Assembly: GCA_016930275.1 (NCBI GenBank)
Contig: JAFGHA010000127.1
Coordinates: forward strand, 500 to 64,499
Length of the DNA stretch: 64,000 bases
Direction of reading: 5' to 3'
Source: Chitinispirillaceae bacterium
GTDB taxonomy: Bacteria; Fibrobacterota; Chitinivibrionia; Chitinivibrionales; Chitinispirillaceae
The notes beneath the pieces are model-generated. The model was not told where the DNA came from. It was given only the letters and a program-made list of their open reading frames with translations, and did no database searches. Below are positions 19,026 through 29,352 of this stretch, piece by piece. The position numbers and the translations under genes were made by a program. Each line of letters starts with the position of its first letter. Positions within the stretch are counted from its first letter, which is position 1.

Positions 19026-20079
19026 ACCTGCGCTCCAGATAGTCACGTGCCGCATGCGCCATACGGCAACGCTTCTTTTCATCCCCGATCAGGTCCTGTA
19101 TCACTTCCGAAAGCGCCGGACCGTTTCCCGGAGGAACAAGTTCGGCACATTCTACGCAACCCGCCAGAACCTCTTCGATACCTCCGCTGCGTGAAGCTAT
19201 TATTGCGGCACCATACGCCATCGCTTCTAACAGTACGATACCGAATCCCTCCATTGCCGACGGAGTTGCTATGGAAGGAAGTATCAGGATATCCGCGTCT
19301 TCATACAACGCTGTCAACTCCTCATCGGAAACGGCGGTACGTATCTCTACCCGTGATGCAAGAGACAATTTCCCGACTCGCTCGACAAGATATTGCTCCT
19401 CCGAGCCGCTGCCGATGATGGTCAGGTGCCATTCCGGTTGATCCGTAAGCCTTGCCGCAGCCTCGATCAGTATCGCATGTCCTTTGTGTGGTACGAGTCT
19501 CCCGACGGAAAGTAACTCAACCCTGTTCCGGTTCCACTTTTTATTCTCAAGTACGAACGCGGGAAGATCAATTTTCGGTACCCATTGTTCGCACCATGTG
19601 CAGGAATACGCGATCTCAAGCAGGCGCTGAGTCGCACCGGTCAGATAATACACCCGCTCCGCCCTCCCAAGCACAGCCTTCCAGAGCATTGTCCGTAAAG
19701 AACCATTCCTGATCGGCAGTAACTCAGTTCCATAACAGAACACGCGATACTTAACGATGGTAAAAATTGAAAGCAACCATGGCACCATGGCCGCATATAC
19801 GTTTCCCGCAAGGATCCGGCAATCATTGTTACCGTTGCCATACCGTACCATCCGAAGGAACATCGGAAGCAACAGAATCTTTTTATTTATCATTTCACCC
19901 GGAAACGCCAGCCGCAGGATGCGACAGGGATACTGCCGGTCGTTCTTATCACTGTTTCTTTCTCCTCTTCCCGTGATGACGAGGTCATCTTCGGAAAACG
20001 TATGTCGTACGATATCATGCAGATACCGCTGAATACCACCTTTTTCCGGAGGAAAATCGAGGGTGAACAGAATTTTCAC
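19015..20079 (-). CDS. Glycosyltransferase family 4 (GT-B)
   Basis: EGFGIVLLEAMAYGAAIIASRSGGIEEV motif. 4-nt overlap with the upstream gene and 11-nt overlap with the downstream GT. Confidence 0.85.
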   Translation of the reverse strand: MKILFTLDFPPEKGGIQRYLHDIVRHTFSEDDLVITGRGERNSDKNDRQYPCRILRLAFPGEMINKKILLLPMFLRMVRYGNGNNDCRILAGNVYAAMVPWLLSIFTIVKYRVFCYGTELLPIRNGSLRTMLWKAVLGRAERVYYLTGATQRLLEIAYSCTWCEQWVPKIDLPAFVLENKKWNRNRVELLSVGRLVPHKGHAILIEAAARLTDQPEWHLTIIGSGSEEQYLVERVGKLSLASRVEIRTAVSDEELTALYEDADILILPSIATPSAMEGFGIVLLEAMAYGAAIIASRSGGIEEVLAGCVECAELVPPGNGPALSEVIQDLIGDEKKRCRMAHAARDYLERRYVW

Positions 20080-21563
20080 GCGAGTTGTCCGTCCGGATCA
20101 AAGTCCGGCTCTGATGCGAGTTTGACAAGTACCCCGTTCCAGAACCAGTAATAGATATCCGCGGGAAACGAGTGAATATGGGTACCGGTTACATTGACTA
20201 CGGCAAAAACGATATTCATGAGGGTAATCCCTTTTGCCAGCGAACGGACAACCGGCGATGCGGTCGTATCGAGCAGATGGAAACCCCTGAGAATCAGAAA
20301 AACGGTAATCCCTATTATAAACAGTAACCCCGGATAGCCGAGCTCAGCCAGATAGGTGAAGTAAAGAGAATCGGCATTGAACGCACCGACTCCTTTTCCC
20401 AAGAGTGCATTCACCGGTTGCACGGACATGGAAAGAATGTATTTCCAGAGATTGACCCTAGATAAAAAGGAGTATTCCTCAAACGGATTTGAAATCGCAC
20501 TGGTCCGCTCCGTCACCAGAAGTTCCATATGTTTCTGATCAAACCCGCTGCCAAGCGAGGAGAACAGTGCATTCATTCCGACATTGTACTGGGAGGAAAG
20601 ATCCAGCAACTGTGATAAAATAAAAAACAAAAAAAGCCCGGTTATCATCAGAATTCTGTTTCGTTTTCCTCTGATCTGAAGAAGCACCACCCATAAACCG
20701 AGCGCAAGCAGAATGCCGATCCAATTCGATCGTACCGAGGTCAGGAGCGCTCCGTAGAAATACAAAGGTATCAGTAATAAAAATCCTATTCTCCATCGTG
20801 AGGTACTCCAGCTGTGAATCATCAGTGTACCGATTATCGACAGCAACATATAATCGGCAAACGAAGCCGGCGACTGAAACACTGAAAACGGTCGCGCGAG
20901 ACCTTTAATGAACAGGGTGGTGAATGAAATTGAAGAAAACCATATCTGCTCCGCGTTCGAATAACCGAACAACAGTTGCTTGAAACCGTACAACGCACCT
21001 ACCACACCCACCATCAGAGACAGGTACCAGATACTTTTCAGAAAGGGAATATTTCGCGCATACAGTATTCCGATAAAGAAAAAAAGAACCGCCGGTCCGT
21101 AAAAATGAAAACGCATGACCGCTTCCTGAACCGGAAGAGAATTGAGAAAAAACGTCCTGAGGATAAGATATATAAAATAGGTCAGAAGCAGATTGACCGC
21201 ACCCTTTGCACGATTTTCCTCATTCCGCTGTTCTCGGAAGACGAAAAACAGTCCGACGAAGGTTATTGCAATAATGATATCTCCGGCTGCAATGAGCGGA
21301 TCGACTTTCGGACGCTGATCAACAAGATAATATAAACGTCGCACATGAGGAACAAACGGCATCAGTGTGAACATCAGGTAGATACCGATCGCCGGTTTCC
21401 TGATGATGGGGTAGGTCAACGCTGCGGTCATCAGCACGACAAGTTCAAGTTGCGTGGGGATATGAACGATCTTGTAGGCGATGAAATTCCCGGCTGCTGC
21501 GATGGCCATCAGAAATGCACCATTACGCAGAAACCGTTTTTGTCCTGCGGAAACAAAGGTCAT
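20076..21563 (-). CDS. O-antigen ligase/polymerase-like (Wzy_C family) membrane protein
   Basis: 495 aa, more than 10 TM segments. Loop region SVRSNWIGILLALGLW is typical of the O-antigen ligase domain. Confidence 0.75.
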   Translation of the reverse strand: MTFVSAGQKRFLRNGAFLMAIAAAGNFIAYKIVHIPTQLELVVLMTAALTYPIIRKPAIGIYLMFTLMPFVPHVRRLYYLVDQRPKVDPLIAAGDIIIAITFVGLFFVFREQRNEENRAKGAVNLLLTYFIYLILRTFFLNSLPVQEAVMRFHFYGPAVLFFFIGILYARNIPFLKSIWYLSLMVGVVGALYGFKQLLFGYSNAEQIWFSSISFTTLFIKGLARPFSVFQSPASFADYMLLSIIGTLMIHSWSTSRWRIGFLLLIPLYFYGALLTSVRSNWIGILLALGLWVVLLQIRGKRNRILMITGLFLFFILSQLLDLSSQYNVGMNALFSSLGSGFDQKHMELLVTERTSAISNPFEEYSFLSRVNLWKYILSMSVQPVNALLGKGVGAFNADSLYFTYLAELGYPGLLFIIGITVFLILRGFHLLDTTASPVVRSLAKGITLMNIVFAVVNVTGTHIHSFPADIYYWFWNGVLVKLASEPDFDPDGQLA

Positions 21564-21661
21564 GGTGAATCGTACCTTTACGAGACGCGGTTGTCCGGAG
21601 AACGTTCCGGCTCCTCTGATATTATAAGCTCCCGGGGGTACCAGGTCAACCGTACCGGCTG

Positions 21662-22693
21662 CTATTTCCCTATCCTGATTTGCTGCCAGAGGGTATTATA
21701 CAGCTCGATATGATCACCCAGATCCTCCTTGAACTGCGATCTGGATAGATCCTCAAGCGAATAACGGGCGTGTTCCTTCCGGACTTTTTCTGCTGCCGTA
21801 TTTATCGAGGGCAGCTTGAGATAGTCAACTATTCTGGAGTAAACGGCTGGTTCATGAATAAAATTCATGAAGGCATAGGCGAGTTCGGGATGTTTCGCTC
21901 CCTTGAGCAGCACCATATTGTCCATGTAGGCGCAACTGCCCTCCTCGGGAATAAAAAAATCAGCATCGGCCGTCTGCTGTGAATCAAGCTCAAGAAAAAC
22001 ATTCTCGGCGTAGCCGTGCACCACCTGGAATTCACCCGCGGCAAATCCCTTACCGAATGCCTCCGCATCGAATTTGACGATGTTTTCCTTCCACCCCAAT
22101 ACGATGTCTTTCGCCTTTTGGAGCTCTGTTTCATCGGTGGTATTAACGGAATATCCGAGAGTGAGAAGTGCGGCTCCGAGAACTTCTCGCATGTCATCGA
22201 GGAGCGTCATCCTCCCCCGGAGATCGGTGCGGTTGAAAATATTCCAACTGTGTGTATAATCGGACACCTTCGTGCGGTTGACGCTTACCCCCGCAGCTCC
22301 CACCATGTAGGGAACGCTGTAGCGACATCCTTCATCAAATCTGATTTTGGCCAGAATACCGCTATCCAGATGTGCGAAATTGGGAATTTTTGATCGGTCA
22401 ATCGGTTGCAGCATGTTTTCCCGGATCATGATCGAAACATAATCACCCGAAGGGAAAACGATATCATAGCCGCCGCCGCCCGCCTTGAGTTTTGCGAACA
22501 TCTCCTCATTCGAGGCATACATATCATATACCACCGATGCGCCAAACCGTTGCTCGAATTCCTTTATCACTTCATCGGGAATATAGTAGGTCCAGTTGTA
22601 GATAAAAAGCTTCGGCCGCACATTTTTCTGACACATGCAACTCAGCCCCAGCAACAATGCAATAACAACACCTCCTCCTTTTCTCATGTTCAC
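21662..22693 (-). CDS. potD: Spermidine/putrescine ABC transporter substrate-binding protein
   Basis: Signal peptide/lipobox, NWTYYIPDEVIKEFEQRFG, PotD-like length, and last position in a potABCD arrangement. Confidence 0.88.
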   Translation of the reverse strand: MNMRKGGGVVIALLLGLSCMCQKNVRPKLFIYNWTYYIPDEVIKEFEQRFGASVVYDMYASNEEMFAKLKAGGGGYDIVFPSGDYVSIMIRENMLQPIDRSKIPNFAHLDSGILAKIRFDEGCRYSVPYMVGAAGVSVNRTKVSDYTHSWNIFNRTDLRGRMTLLDDMREVLGAALLTLGYSVNTTDETELQKAKDIVLGWKENIVKFDAEAFGKGFAAGEFQVVHGYAENVFLELDSQQTADADFFIPEEGSCAYMDNMVLLKGAKHPELAYAFMNFIHEPAVYSRIVDYLKLPSINTAAEKVRKEHARYSLEDLSRSQFKEDLGDHIELYNTLWQQIRIGK

Positions 22694-22696
22694 TCC

Positions 22697-23476
22697 TTAT
22701 TTCCGGATAATGTATTTGAAAAAATTTCTTGTCGAGAGTGCCAGAACTACCGTACCGGCGATCACTACAACCGAAAGTGCATTGATTACCGGAGAAACAC
22801 CGAATCGTATCATGGAATATACGTGTAGCGGCAGTGTGGATGATCCCGGACCGGCTACGAAAAACGTGATGACAAAATCTTCCAGCGAAAGAGTTACGGC
22901 CATCAGAAATCCTGAAAGTATGCCGGGAAACGCGAGAGGTACAATCACCCGCACCAGCGTATCCGTTTCACGTGCCCCCAGATCATACGATGCCTCGATA
23001 ATGGAAAAATCGAACTCTTCCAGCCGTGCCATCACCAGAAGCAGAACAAATGGGATATTGAATGTCGTATGCGCAAGAAAGATGGTGAAAAGACTCAATT
23101 GCATTTTGATACCGGCAAAAAAAATGAGCAGGCTGACTCCTATTATTATCTCCGGTAAAACCAGCGGTAGAAACCCGGCGATTTGCAGCAGTTTTTTGAA
23201 TCTGAACCGGTACCAGTACAAACCGATTGCGCCAAGCGTGCCGATTGCCGTGGATACTGATGCAGAAGTAATCGCTACGATGACACTGTTCAGAAAGGAA
23301 TTCCACAATGTCCGGGAGTGCAGGAAAAGTTCTTCGTACCAGTGCAGCGAAAAACCTGTCCATGCCATGGTCTTTGACCGGTTGAACGAAAAAACGATCA
23401 GAATGGTCAATGGTAAATAGAAAAACAACATCACCAGAGCAAACACGACAGGTGAAACCATCCTTTTGCCGCTCAC
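22697..23476 (-). CDS. potC: Spermidine/putrescine ABC transporter permease
   Basis: Six-TM permease with the EAA-type loop IEASYDLGARETDTLVRVIVPL. Confidence 0.88.
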   Translation of the reverse strand: MSGKRMVSPVVFALVMLFFYLPLTILIVFSFNRSKTMAWTGFSLHWYEELFLHSRTLWNSFLNSVIVAITSASVSTAIGTLGAIGLYWYRFRFKKLLQIAGFLPLVLPEIIIGVSLLIFFAGIKMQLSLFTIFLAHTTFNIPFVLLLVMARLEEFDFSIIEASYDLGARETDTLVRVIVPLAFPGILSGFLMAVTLSLEDFVITFFVAGPGSSTLPLHVYSMIRFGVSPVINALSVVVIAGTVVLALSTRNFFKYIIRK

Positions 23477-24348
23477 GGGGTACCCGCCGGTGTTTCGCTC
23501 ACCGTGACATTCCTCACTTTTTCAACGGAAGACCGGTTCATTCTCAGAAACACCACCACCCCCAGAGTGGTGATGACGGTGAGTACCATGGAAATCGACG
23601 AAGCAAGGGGCCAGTTTCTTGTGACAGTCAATTCGCGTGCGATAATATTACCGAGCATGAGCGAATCGCGTCCGCCGAGAATCTGCGGAATGGCGTATGA
23701 TCCAAACGCCGGAATGAACGTGAAGAGAAACGCCGTCGCGATTCCTCCCCGGATCGAAGGCAGGAGCACCCTGAGAATGGACTGCCATTTGGTTGCTCCG
23801 AGATCGCGTGCGGCTTCGAACAATGAAAAATCGAATTTCTCTATTGTCGAATACAGGGGTAAAATGGCGAACGGCAGGTACGTATACACCGTTACCAGGA
23901 TGACCGCATATTTATTATAGAGAAACTGGACATGGCCGTTCGTGATACCGCAGCCGATGAGCAAGCTGTTAAGAAAACCGTTATTCCCCAGAATGGCGAT
24001 CCATGCGTAAATCCTGATAAGAAAATTCGTCCAGAAGGGAATGATCACCAGAAACAGCCAGATGTTTTTCCGTTTACTCCGGGCAATGAAATATGCTGCG
24101 GGAAGAGCCATAAGCACCATCAGGACCGATGAAAAGAGCGCGATCAGCAGTGTTGCGATTGCGACCGAAAGGAACGTAGGATTGAACAATGCCAGGTACC
24201 CGTTCACACTCGGACGATACACCACCCCCCCGTAAATACCTTTACTCATGAAACTGTAGAGTGCGATGATCGACAGCGGTACCAGAAAAAACAGGAGCAG
24301 CCAGATCGCCAGCGGCGCCACGTACAAGGGACCGATGTTTTTTTTCAC
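23473..24348 (-). CDS. potB: Spermidine/putrescine ABC transporter permease
   Basis: EAA loop FEAARDLGATKWQSILRVLLP. The GTG at 24348 forms a GTGA overlap with the potA stop, so it is preferred over the ORF maximum at 24414. Confidence 0.88.
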   Translation of the reverse strand: MKKNIGPLYVAPLAIWLLLFFLVPLSIIALYSFMSKGIYGGVVYRPSVNGYLALFNPTFLSVAIATLLIALFSSVLMVLMALPAAYFIARSKRKNIWLFLVIIPFWTNFLIRIYAWIAILGNNGFLNSLLIGCGITNGHVQFLYNKYAVILVTVYTYLPFAILPLYSTIEKFDFSLFEAARDLGATKWQSILRVLLPSIRGGIATAFLFTFIPAFGSYAIPQILGGRDSLMLGNIIARELTVTRNWPLASSISMVLTVITTLGVVVFLRMNRSSVEKVRNVTVSETPAGTP

Positions 24349-25454
24349 TGTCCGTCCCCCTCGACAATAAAGCTGTCGGCAGCCGACCACCATATCGTGA
24401 CCTTCTCTTTCCATGCGATCGGTTTTTCGTTATGATGGTACCTGATATGCTGTTTGAATACTCTGAAAAGGACCTCTCCCGCCTTAATGAAATATTTACT
24501 CTGAAATCCGGAGTAAATGATTTCATCCACCACTCCGGTGAACACATTATTACCTTCTTCTTCAAATTCCGGCGGTTCGGCTGAGATCCTTATTTTTTCA
24601 GGCCTGACCGTCACCTTGACTTCAGCCCCGGCGCGGAGTCTCCTCCCGGTGGTAATCCAGATACACCCGATCCGATCGACCTCGATACGGGCTCGTCCCG
24701 GTGCGCACTCCTCACACACCGTTCCGGTAATGAAATTTGTTTCCCCTATGAAACTAGCGACAAATGCATCCGCCGGATTTTCATAGATATCGAGGGGTGT
24801 TCCCACCTGGTGCACCACCCCCTCGTTAAAAACCGCCACCCGATCTGAAACGCTCAGTGCCTCCTGCTGATCGTGCGTTACGTAAATGAAGGTGATACCG
24901 ACCTGATCATGAATCTTATCGAGTTCGATGAGCATGTGCTGCCGTAATTTCGCATCCAGTGCGGAAAGCGGCTCATCAAGCAGCAATACACTAGGTTCAT
25001 TGATGAGCGCACGCGCTATCGCCACCCGTTGTTTCTGCCCGCCGCTCAACTGAGACGGCAACTTGCGGGCTTCATTGCCGAGTTTGACGAGATCAAGATA
25101 TTGACCGACAGTCGATTCTATTTTGTTCTGTCTGAATTTTTTCAGCCGTAACGGAAATGCAACATTCTCAAAAACCGACAGGTGAGGAAAAAGTGCATAA
25201 CTCTGGAAAACGGTATTGATATGACGCTTATTCGGAGCGATCGGCAGGATGTTGCAGCCGTCCAGAGCAAGGGTTCCCGACGTCGGATTTTCAAATCCGG
25301 CGATGATCCGTAAAAGCGTTGTTTTTCCGCATCCTGACGGACCAAGCAATGAGAAAAATTCCCCTCGGTTGATTTCCAAGCTGATTGTGTCAAGCGCCTG
25401 AAACGTACCGAAACGTTTGCTGACCTGCCCGATGGAAACACTGCTTCCCTTCAC
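24345..25454 (-). CDS. potA: Spermidine/putrescine ABC transporter ATPase
   Basis: Walker A GPSGCGKTT, signature LSGGQKQRVAIARAL, Walker B LLLDEPLSALD, and a C-terminal TOBE-like domain. Confidence 0.93.
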   Translation of the reverse strand: MKGSSVSIGQVSKRFGTFQALDTISLEINRGEFFSLLGPSGCGKTTLLRIIAGFENPTSGTLALDGCNILPIAPNKRHINTVFQSYALFPHLSVFENVAFPLRLKKFRQNKIESTVGQYLDLVKLGNEARKLPSQLSGGQKQRVAIARALINEPSVLLLDEPLSALDAKLRQHMLIELDKIHDQVGITFIYVTHDQQEALSVSDRVAVFNEGVVHQVGTPLDIYENPADAFVASFIGETNFITGTVCEECAPGRARIEVDRIGCIWITTGRRLRAGAEVKVTVRPEKIRISAEPPEFEEEGNNVFTGVVDEIIYSGFQSKYFIKAGEVLFRVFKQHIRYHHNEKPIAWKEKVTIWWSAADSFIVEGDGQ

Positions 25455-25658
25455 CGTTAGAACCCTTTGAAAGAGGGAATTTCCGCATCAATGCCGCAAA
25501 CCGAATACACCTGACAGCTGATGATTTCGATCAAAAATAAATTAGGAAATGAAGGGACAATGGAAATTTCTTACGGGAAAGACCTGGAGAAAACCGCATG
25601 TCCGGAATGACGGAGGGGGGAGGGTTTCGTATCAGCCCACCAGGTAGAGAACAGTCGC

Positions 25659-26117
25659 CTACGGCGTTTTCAGCGATACTTCCATCGCGAAATTTCCGAG
25701 GGAGCTTTCAAACGGAACGATAATGGTTGGAATACCTCTCTGTGAGGCGATTTTGTGATCTTTTCCCATAATTACTTTCGGCAGGGATATCGAGAGGTTA
25801 TATTGAGTCAGATGCTGCTTGGCATTCCCTGCAATGATATTGGCGATCTCCCCGATCGCATCGGACACTTCCGGACCGATAATTTTTATATCGGCGCCGA
25901 CCAGTGCCGATACCACCTTAAGGGCAATAAGCTTCGGAAAACTCAGACATATCGAACCCTGCGCTTCGCCGGAAAGCCCGATCACCCCCGAAATATCATA
26001 GGTATTCGATTCATCATTCTTGAGCTGAATCTTTCCCGGCTTCGCCTCACTATTGAGCATTTTGGTGAAGGTCTCAATTGTAGAGACAACAAAAGGATTG
26101 ATATAAGCAACATCCAT
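25659..26117 (-). CDS. CheX/CheC-like chemotaxis phosphatase family protein (orphan)
   Basis: INPFVVSTIETFTKMLN ... ISGVIGLSGEAQGSICLSF ... DAIGEIANIIAGNAK is the typical CheX fold signature. About 150 aa. Confidence 0.75.
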   Translation of the reverse strand: MDVAYINPFVVSTIETFTKMLNSEAKPGKIQLKNDESNTYDISGVIGLSGEAQGSICLSFPKLIALKVVSALVGADIKIIGPEVSDAIGEIANIIAGNAKQHLTQYNLSISLPKVIMGKDHKIASQRGIPTIIVPFESSLGNFAMEVSLKTP

Positions 26118-26238
26118 TCTGTCCTCCAGAATAAATCGGGTGGTATCCTAAACGAGTGCTAGATTGGTAGTGTAACATGAATGTTTCACAGCGGCAAGTA
26201 TTTTTATGATCCCCGGAGTCAATCAGTTGCCACGACGA

Positions 26239-27672
26239 TTACACACCCCCCACCTTTCTGATACGAAAGGTGTTCGTGGCACCTCGAATTGAATTCGTAC
26301 CGCTGATAATACCGATGAAATCACCCCGTTTTACCCATTTTCTTTCCAGCATTTTCGCCTCACCGCTGGTATGCAGTTCCTCGATATCAGTGATGAAAGG
26401 AAGCGGCACCGCTGTGATATTCCAGGCGAGGGAGAGCATTTTCACCACCTGATTTTCGGGAGAAAAAGCGATAATAGGTGCTTCATAATGGAGCTTTGAA
26501 AGGTAGAGTGCGGTGGAACCGGAAAGGGTGAACACACACAGTGGAATTCCCCCGAGATCGCGTCCGGCCCAGACGGCGGCCTCACAAAGTGCATGAGCGG
26601 CACTGCGGTCATTCCTGGTGAGATCGACCATATCATGGTTGATGAATCTACTTTTTTCGGTTTCCTGGACGATTTGCGCCATGGTTGCAACCGCCTCACC
26701 CGGATACTTTCCCATGGCCGTCTCCCCCGAAAGCATGATCGCATCGGTGCCATCAATGATCGCGTTCGCCACATCCGTCGACTCAGCCCTGGTCGGCAGC
26801 GGATGCTGTATCATCGATTCGAGCATCTGTGTCGCGACAATCACCAGTTTTGCACGTGCGTTCGCATGCAGAATGAGCTCCTTCTGAAGAATCGGTACCG
26901 TAAACGGTGTAGCCTCGACTCCCAGATCTCCCCGGGCAACCATGATACCATCAGTATGATCGAGTATTGAATCTATCGCACGGGCAGCCTCAGGCTTTTC
27001 TATTTTGGCGATTATTTTTATATCCTGCCGTTTCTTTTCAATAATCTTTCTGAGAGAAATGACATCCTGCGCCTTCCTGACAAAAGAGAGAGCGATGAAC
27101 TGAATATCCTCTTTCAGAATGAAATCGAGATCGCTCCGATCTTTCCGTGTCAGAGACGGTATGCTCAAATCGACATCAGGGAAGTTCACTCCTTTATGGG
27201 AGGCGTACTCACCACCCGAGAGTACCTTTGCAATCAGATCTCCGTTTTTACCTATACCGGTCACTTTCAACCTGATCGCACCGTCGTTGATCATTATCTG
27301 CTGCCCCGCACCGACTTCCTTCGCCAGTTTGCCGTAATCCACCGAAATAACCGTCGCGTCTGAGATAACATTCCGTGAGGTGATCCGCACCAACGAACCA
27401 GTTTTTACCTCCACCGGACGATTACCCTCAGTGGCACGTGTCCGGATTTTCGGTCCCTGCAGATCGGCAAGCACGGCGACATCAACGCCTAGTCGGTCGG
27501 TAACGCTCCTGATCTTCCTGATGGTGTTCCGGTGCGTCTCATGATCACCATGTGAAAAATTCAGGCGGAATACATTGACCCCTTTTTGAATGAGGTCACG
27601 GATCACGGACGACGATCCGCTGGCCGGTCCGATGGTCGCGACAATTTTCACTCTTTTATCAAATGCCTTCAT
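26239..27672 (-). CDS. pyk: Pyruvate kinase
   Basis: KIVATIGPAS, NVFRLNFSHG, MVARGDLGVE, ATQMLESM. Start placed at MKAFDKRVKIV (27672), not the upstream ORF maximum. Confidence 0.93.
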   Translation of the reverse strand: MKAFDKRVKIVATIGPASGSSSVIRDLIQKGVNVFRLNFSHGDHETHRNTIRKIRSVTDRLGVDVAVLADLQGPKIRTRATEGNRPVEVKTGSLVRITSRNVISDATVISVDYGKLAKEVGAGQQIMINDGAIRLKVTGIGKNGDLIAKVLSGGEYASHKGVNFPDVDLSIPSLTRKDRSDLDFILKEDIQFIALSFVRKAQDVISLRKIIEKKRQDIKIIAKIEKPEAARAIDSILDHTDGIMVARGDLGVEATPFTVPILQKELILHANARAKLVIVATQMLESMIQHPLPTRAESTDVANAIIDGTDAIMLSGETAMGKYPGEAVATMAQIVQETEKSRFINHDMVDLTRNDRSAAHALCEAAVWAGRDLGGIPLCVFTLSGSTALYLSKLHYEAPIIAFSPENQVVKMLSLAWNITAVPLPFITDIEELHTSGEAKMLERKWVKRGDFIGIISGTNSIRGATNTFRIRKVGGV

Positions 27673-27900
27673 AACGGCAGTCTCCCGATAAAAAACGACC
27701 GTCCGTCGATGGTGATCCGGTTTCACCCCACCGACAACACTTTCCATTCTGAAAATAATGCCCGGACGGACAGAACCGAAACTGCAGCAGTGATCCACTT
27801 TTTTCAGGAGTAATAAACGCAGCGAATTGTGCAGCTGCCGGTGGGGATGTGTAAAGGGAAGGAAAATTGTTCGGCTATATACCTGGAGGGATATCCCGTT

Positions 27901-29076
27901 TCAGCGGTTGACCCATCGGGCAACGTATACTGTCCCGTCGGAATAACGGTGACGCATCAGGCATACCCCTTCGGGAATCATTCGAAGCGGTACGCTGAGT
28001 CCGGAAGGATGTCGCCATGTATACCGATGGTGAATTCTTCCCAGACAATCCAGAAGTTCCGTGCTCACGATTGACGGACGACTCAATTTCGCGGTGAATT
28101 CCAGGTGGTTATTGAACCGATGCATCGATACCATCCGGTCATTCGCAGCCGTGCTTTCCCACCGCATGGAAACCGAACTACCGCTATCCGTTTCCGTGCA
28201 AGAACCTTCCCCTACAGTAGTAAGCATTCCCTCCTCCGGATACTTCAGCGTATGCCCATCGGTAAATGCAGCCTCCACCGAATATACCCGGCACGACGTG
28301 GCGACGGGAACGGTGATTTCCCAGGTGCCGGCATGAGCACTTCCCATGGTCGGAACAAAGGGCAACCGGTCCCCCTCAAGCAGCAGCGTCAACGTTGCAA
28401 CCGTTTCTGCTACATCATACAAATTCACCATAAACGTTATGCTGTCGCTGCTGTAGAACAGATGGGAGGCTGCATATACCGGATGATAGGAATAATCACT
28501 TCTGCCGCCGCCGAAATCCTGACACCAGTAACCGGTGGCACTCCTGCCGGTACCGGTCAGGAAATAACCGCATCCGAGTTCGGTGAATCGCGATGACATG
28601 ATATTCGCCCGGTGACCATCACCGTTTCCATCAGGTGCGGCAGTCGCCACACTCTGCCCGTCAATCAACCACCCGTTCACCACATCCTGGGGTGTACGGT
28701 ATCCGGCGGCAATGTTCTCGCCGATGTATCCTGATTTTTTATAAAACTCCCGTAACCGGTCTCCAAACTCTACTCCGTTGCAGGTATGGGTCATCCCGCA
28801 ATCAAGGGCCATCTCAACACAATGAAAACGTGCTGCCGCGTTGAGCTCCCTGTTCCAGTACAACGGAGCGACTGCCGGATAATTTCCCGGGAGGAGAATA
28901 CCACTGTTACCAATAAACCGGTCGCGGTAAGTTATAGGTGCCATTCGACAGGCATTCGTCAGAACCGCGACCGCCCGTTCCTGCCAGTTCAGGAGAGTAT
29001 CCACTTTATCCCCGTATCCGATAGCGGATCGGGAAAATATCAGCAGCACCCCGAGAGCCCACAGTACCGTTCTCAT
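27901..29076 (-). CDS. Secreted CAP/SCP (PR-1-like) domain protein with a C-terminal sorting-like tail
   Basis: Signal peptide. LNAAARFHCVEMA, GENIAAGY..PQDVVNGWL, GHRANIMSSRFTELGCGY are CAP-domain blocks. The C-terminal ~80 aa resembles T9SS-type tails. Confidence 0.75.
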   Translation of the reverse strand: MRTVLWALGVLLIFSRSAIGYGDKVDTLLNWQERAVAVLTNACRMAPITYRDRFIGNSGILLPGNYPAVAPLYWNRELNAAARFHCVEMALDCGMTHTCNGVEFGDRLREFYKKSGYIGENIAAGYRTPQDVVNGWLIDGQSVATAAPDGNGDGHRANIMSSRFTELGCGYFLTGTGRSATGYWCQDFGGGRSDYSYHPVYAASHLFYSSDSITFMVNLYDVAETVATLTLLLEGDRLPFVPTMGSAHAGTWEITVPVATSCRVYSVEAAFTDGHTLKYPEEGMLTTVGEGSCTETDSGSSVSMRWESTAANDRMVSMHRFNNHLEFTAKLSRPSIVSTELLDCLGRIHHRYTWRHPSGLSVPLRMIPEGVCLMRHRYSDGTVYVARWVNR

Positions 29077-29079
29077 AAT

Positions 29080-29089
29080 CCCCCCCCCC
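29080..29089 (-). repeat. Homopolymeric G10 tract (minus strand), 3 nt upstream of the CAP-domain gene start codon
   Basis: Plus strand reads cat aat CCCCCCCCCC a. Ten consecutive C at 29080-29089, with the start codon at 29076-29074. Confidence 0.95.
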
Positions 29090-29352
29090 AGTAATTATAA
29101 CCGTTGTCCTGAATAATCCGTATCCGTTGAACGGTGAAACAGTAGCTTCTTTTTAAATTCAATTAAAAACAGCTGTTTAAGTTCGCAAAATTAGATGTTT
29201 ATAAGTTATAGTGTGTTCATTTTAATAGTACTGAATTTAAAAAGGAAGGTAAAGAAGAAGAGGAAGATCCGGTACATCCGATAATCCCCTCTGCGGGGAA
29301 TACCGAGATGCAGAATGCTTGTTGGGGAGCGTCCGGACGGGATATTGATTTT

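Noticed and set aside
22635-23420. 261-aa plus-strand ORF
   Set aside because: It is antisense to potC, which has a clear ABC permease EAA loop. The composition is Ser/Arg/Thr-rich and unlike a real protein.
27673-27798. 42-codon N-terminal extension of pyruvate kinase in the maximal ORF
   Set aside because: Pyruvate kinases begin close to the K-I-V-x-T-I-G-P motif. The MKAFDKRVKIVATIGP start at 27672 fits, and the extension (MDHCCSFGSV...) has no precedent.
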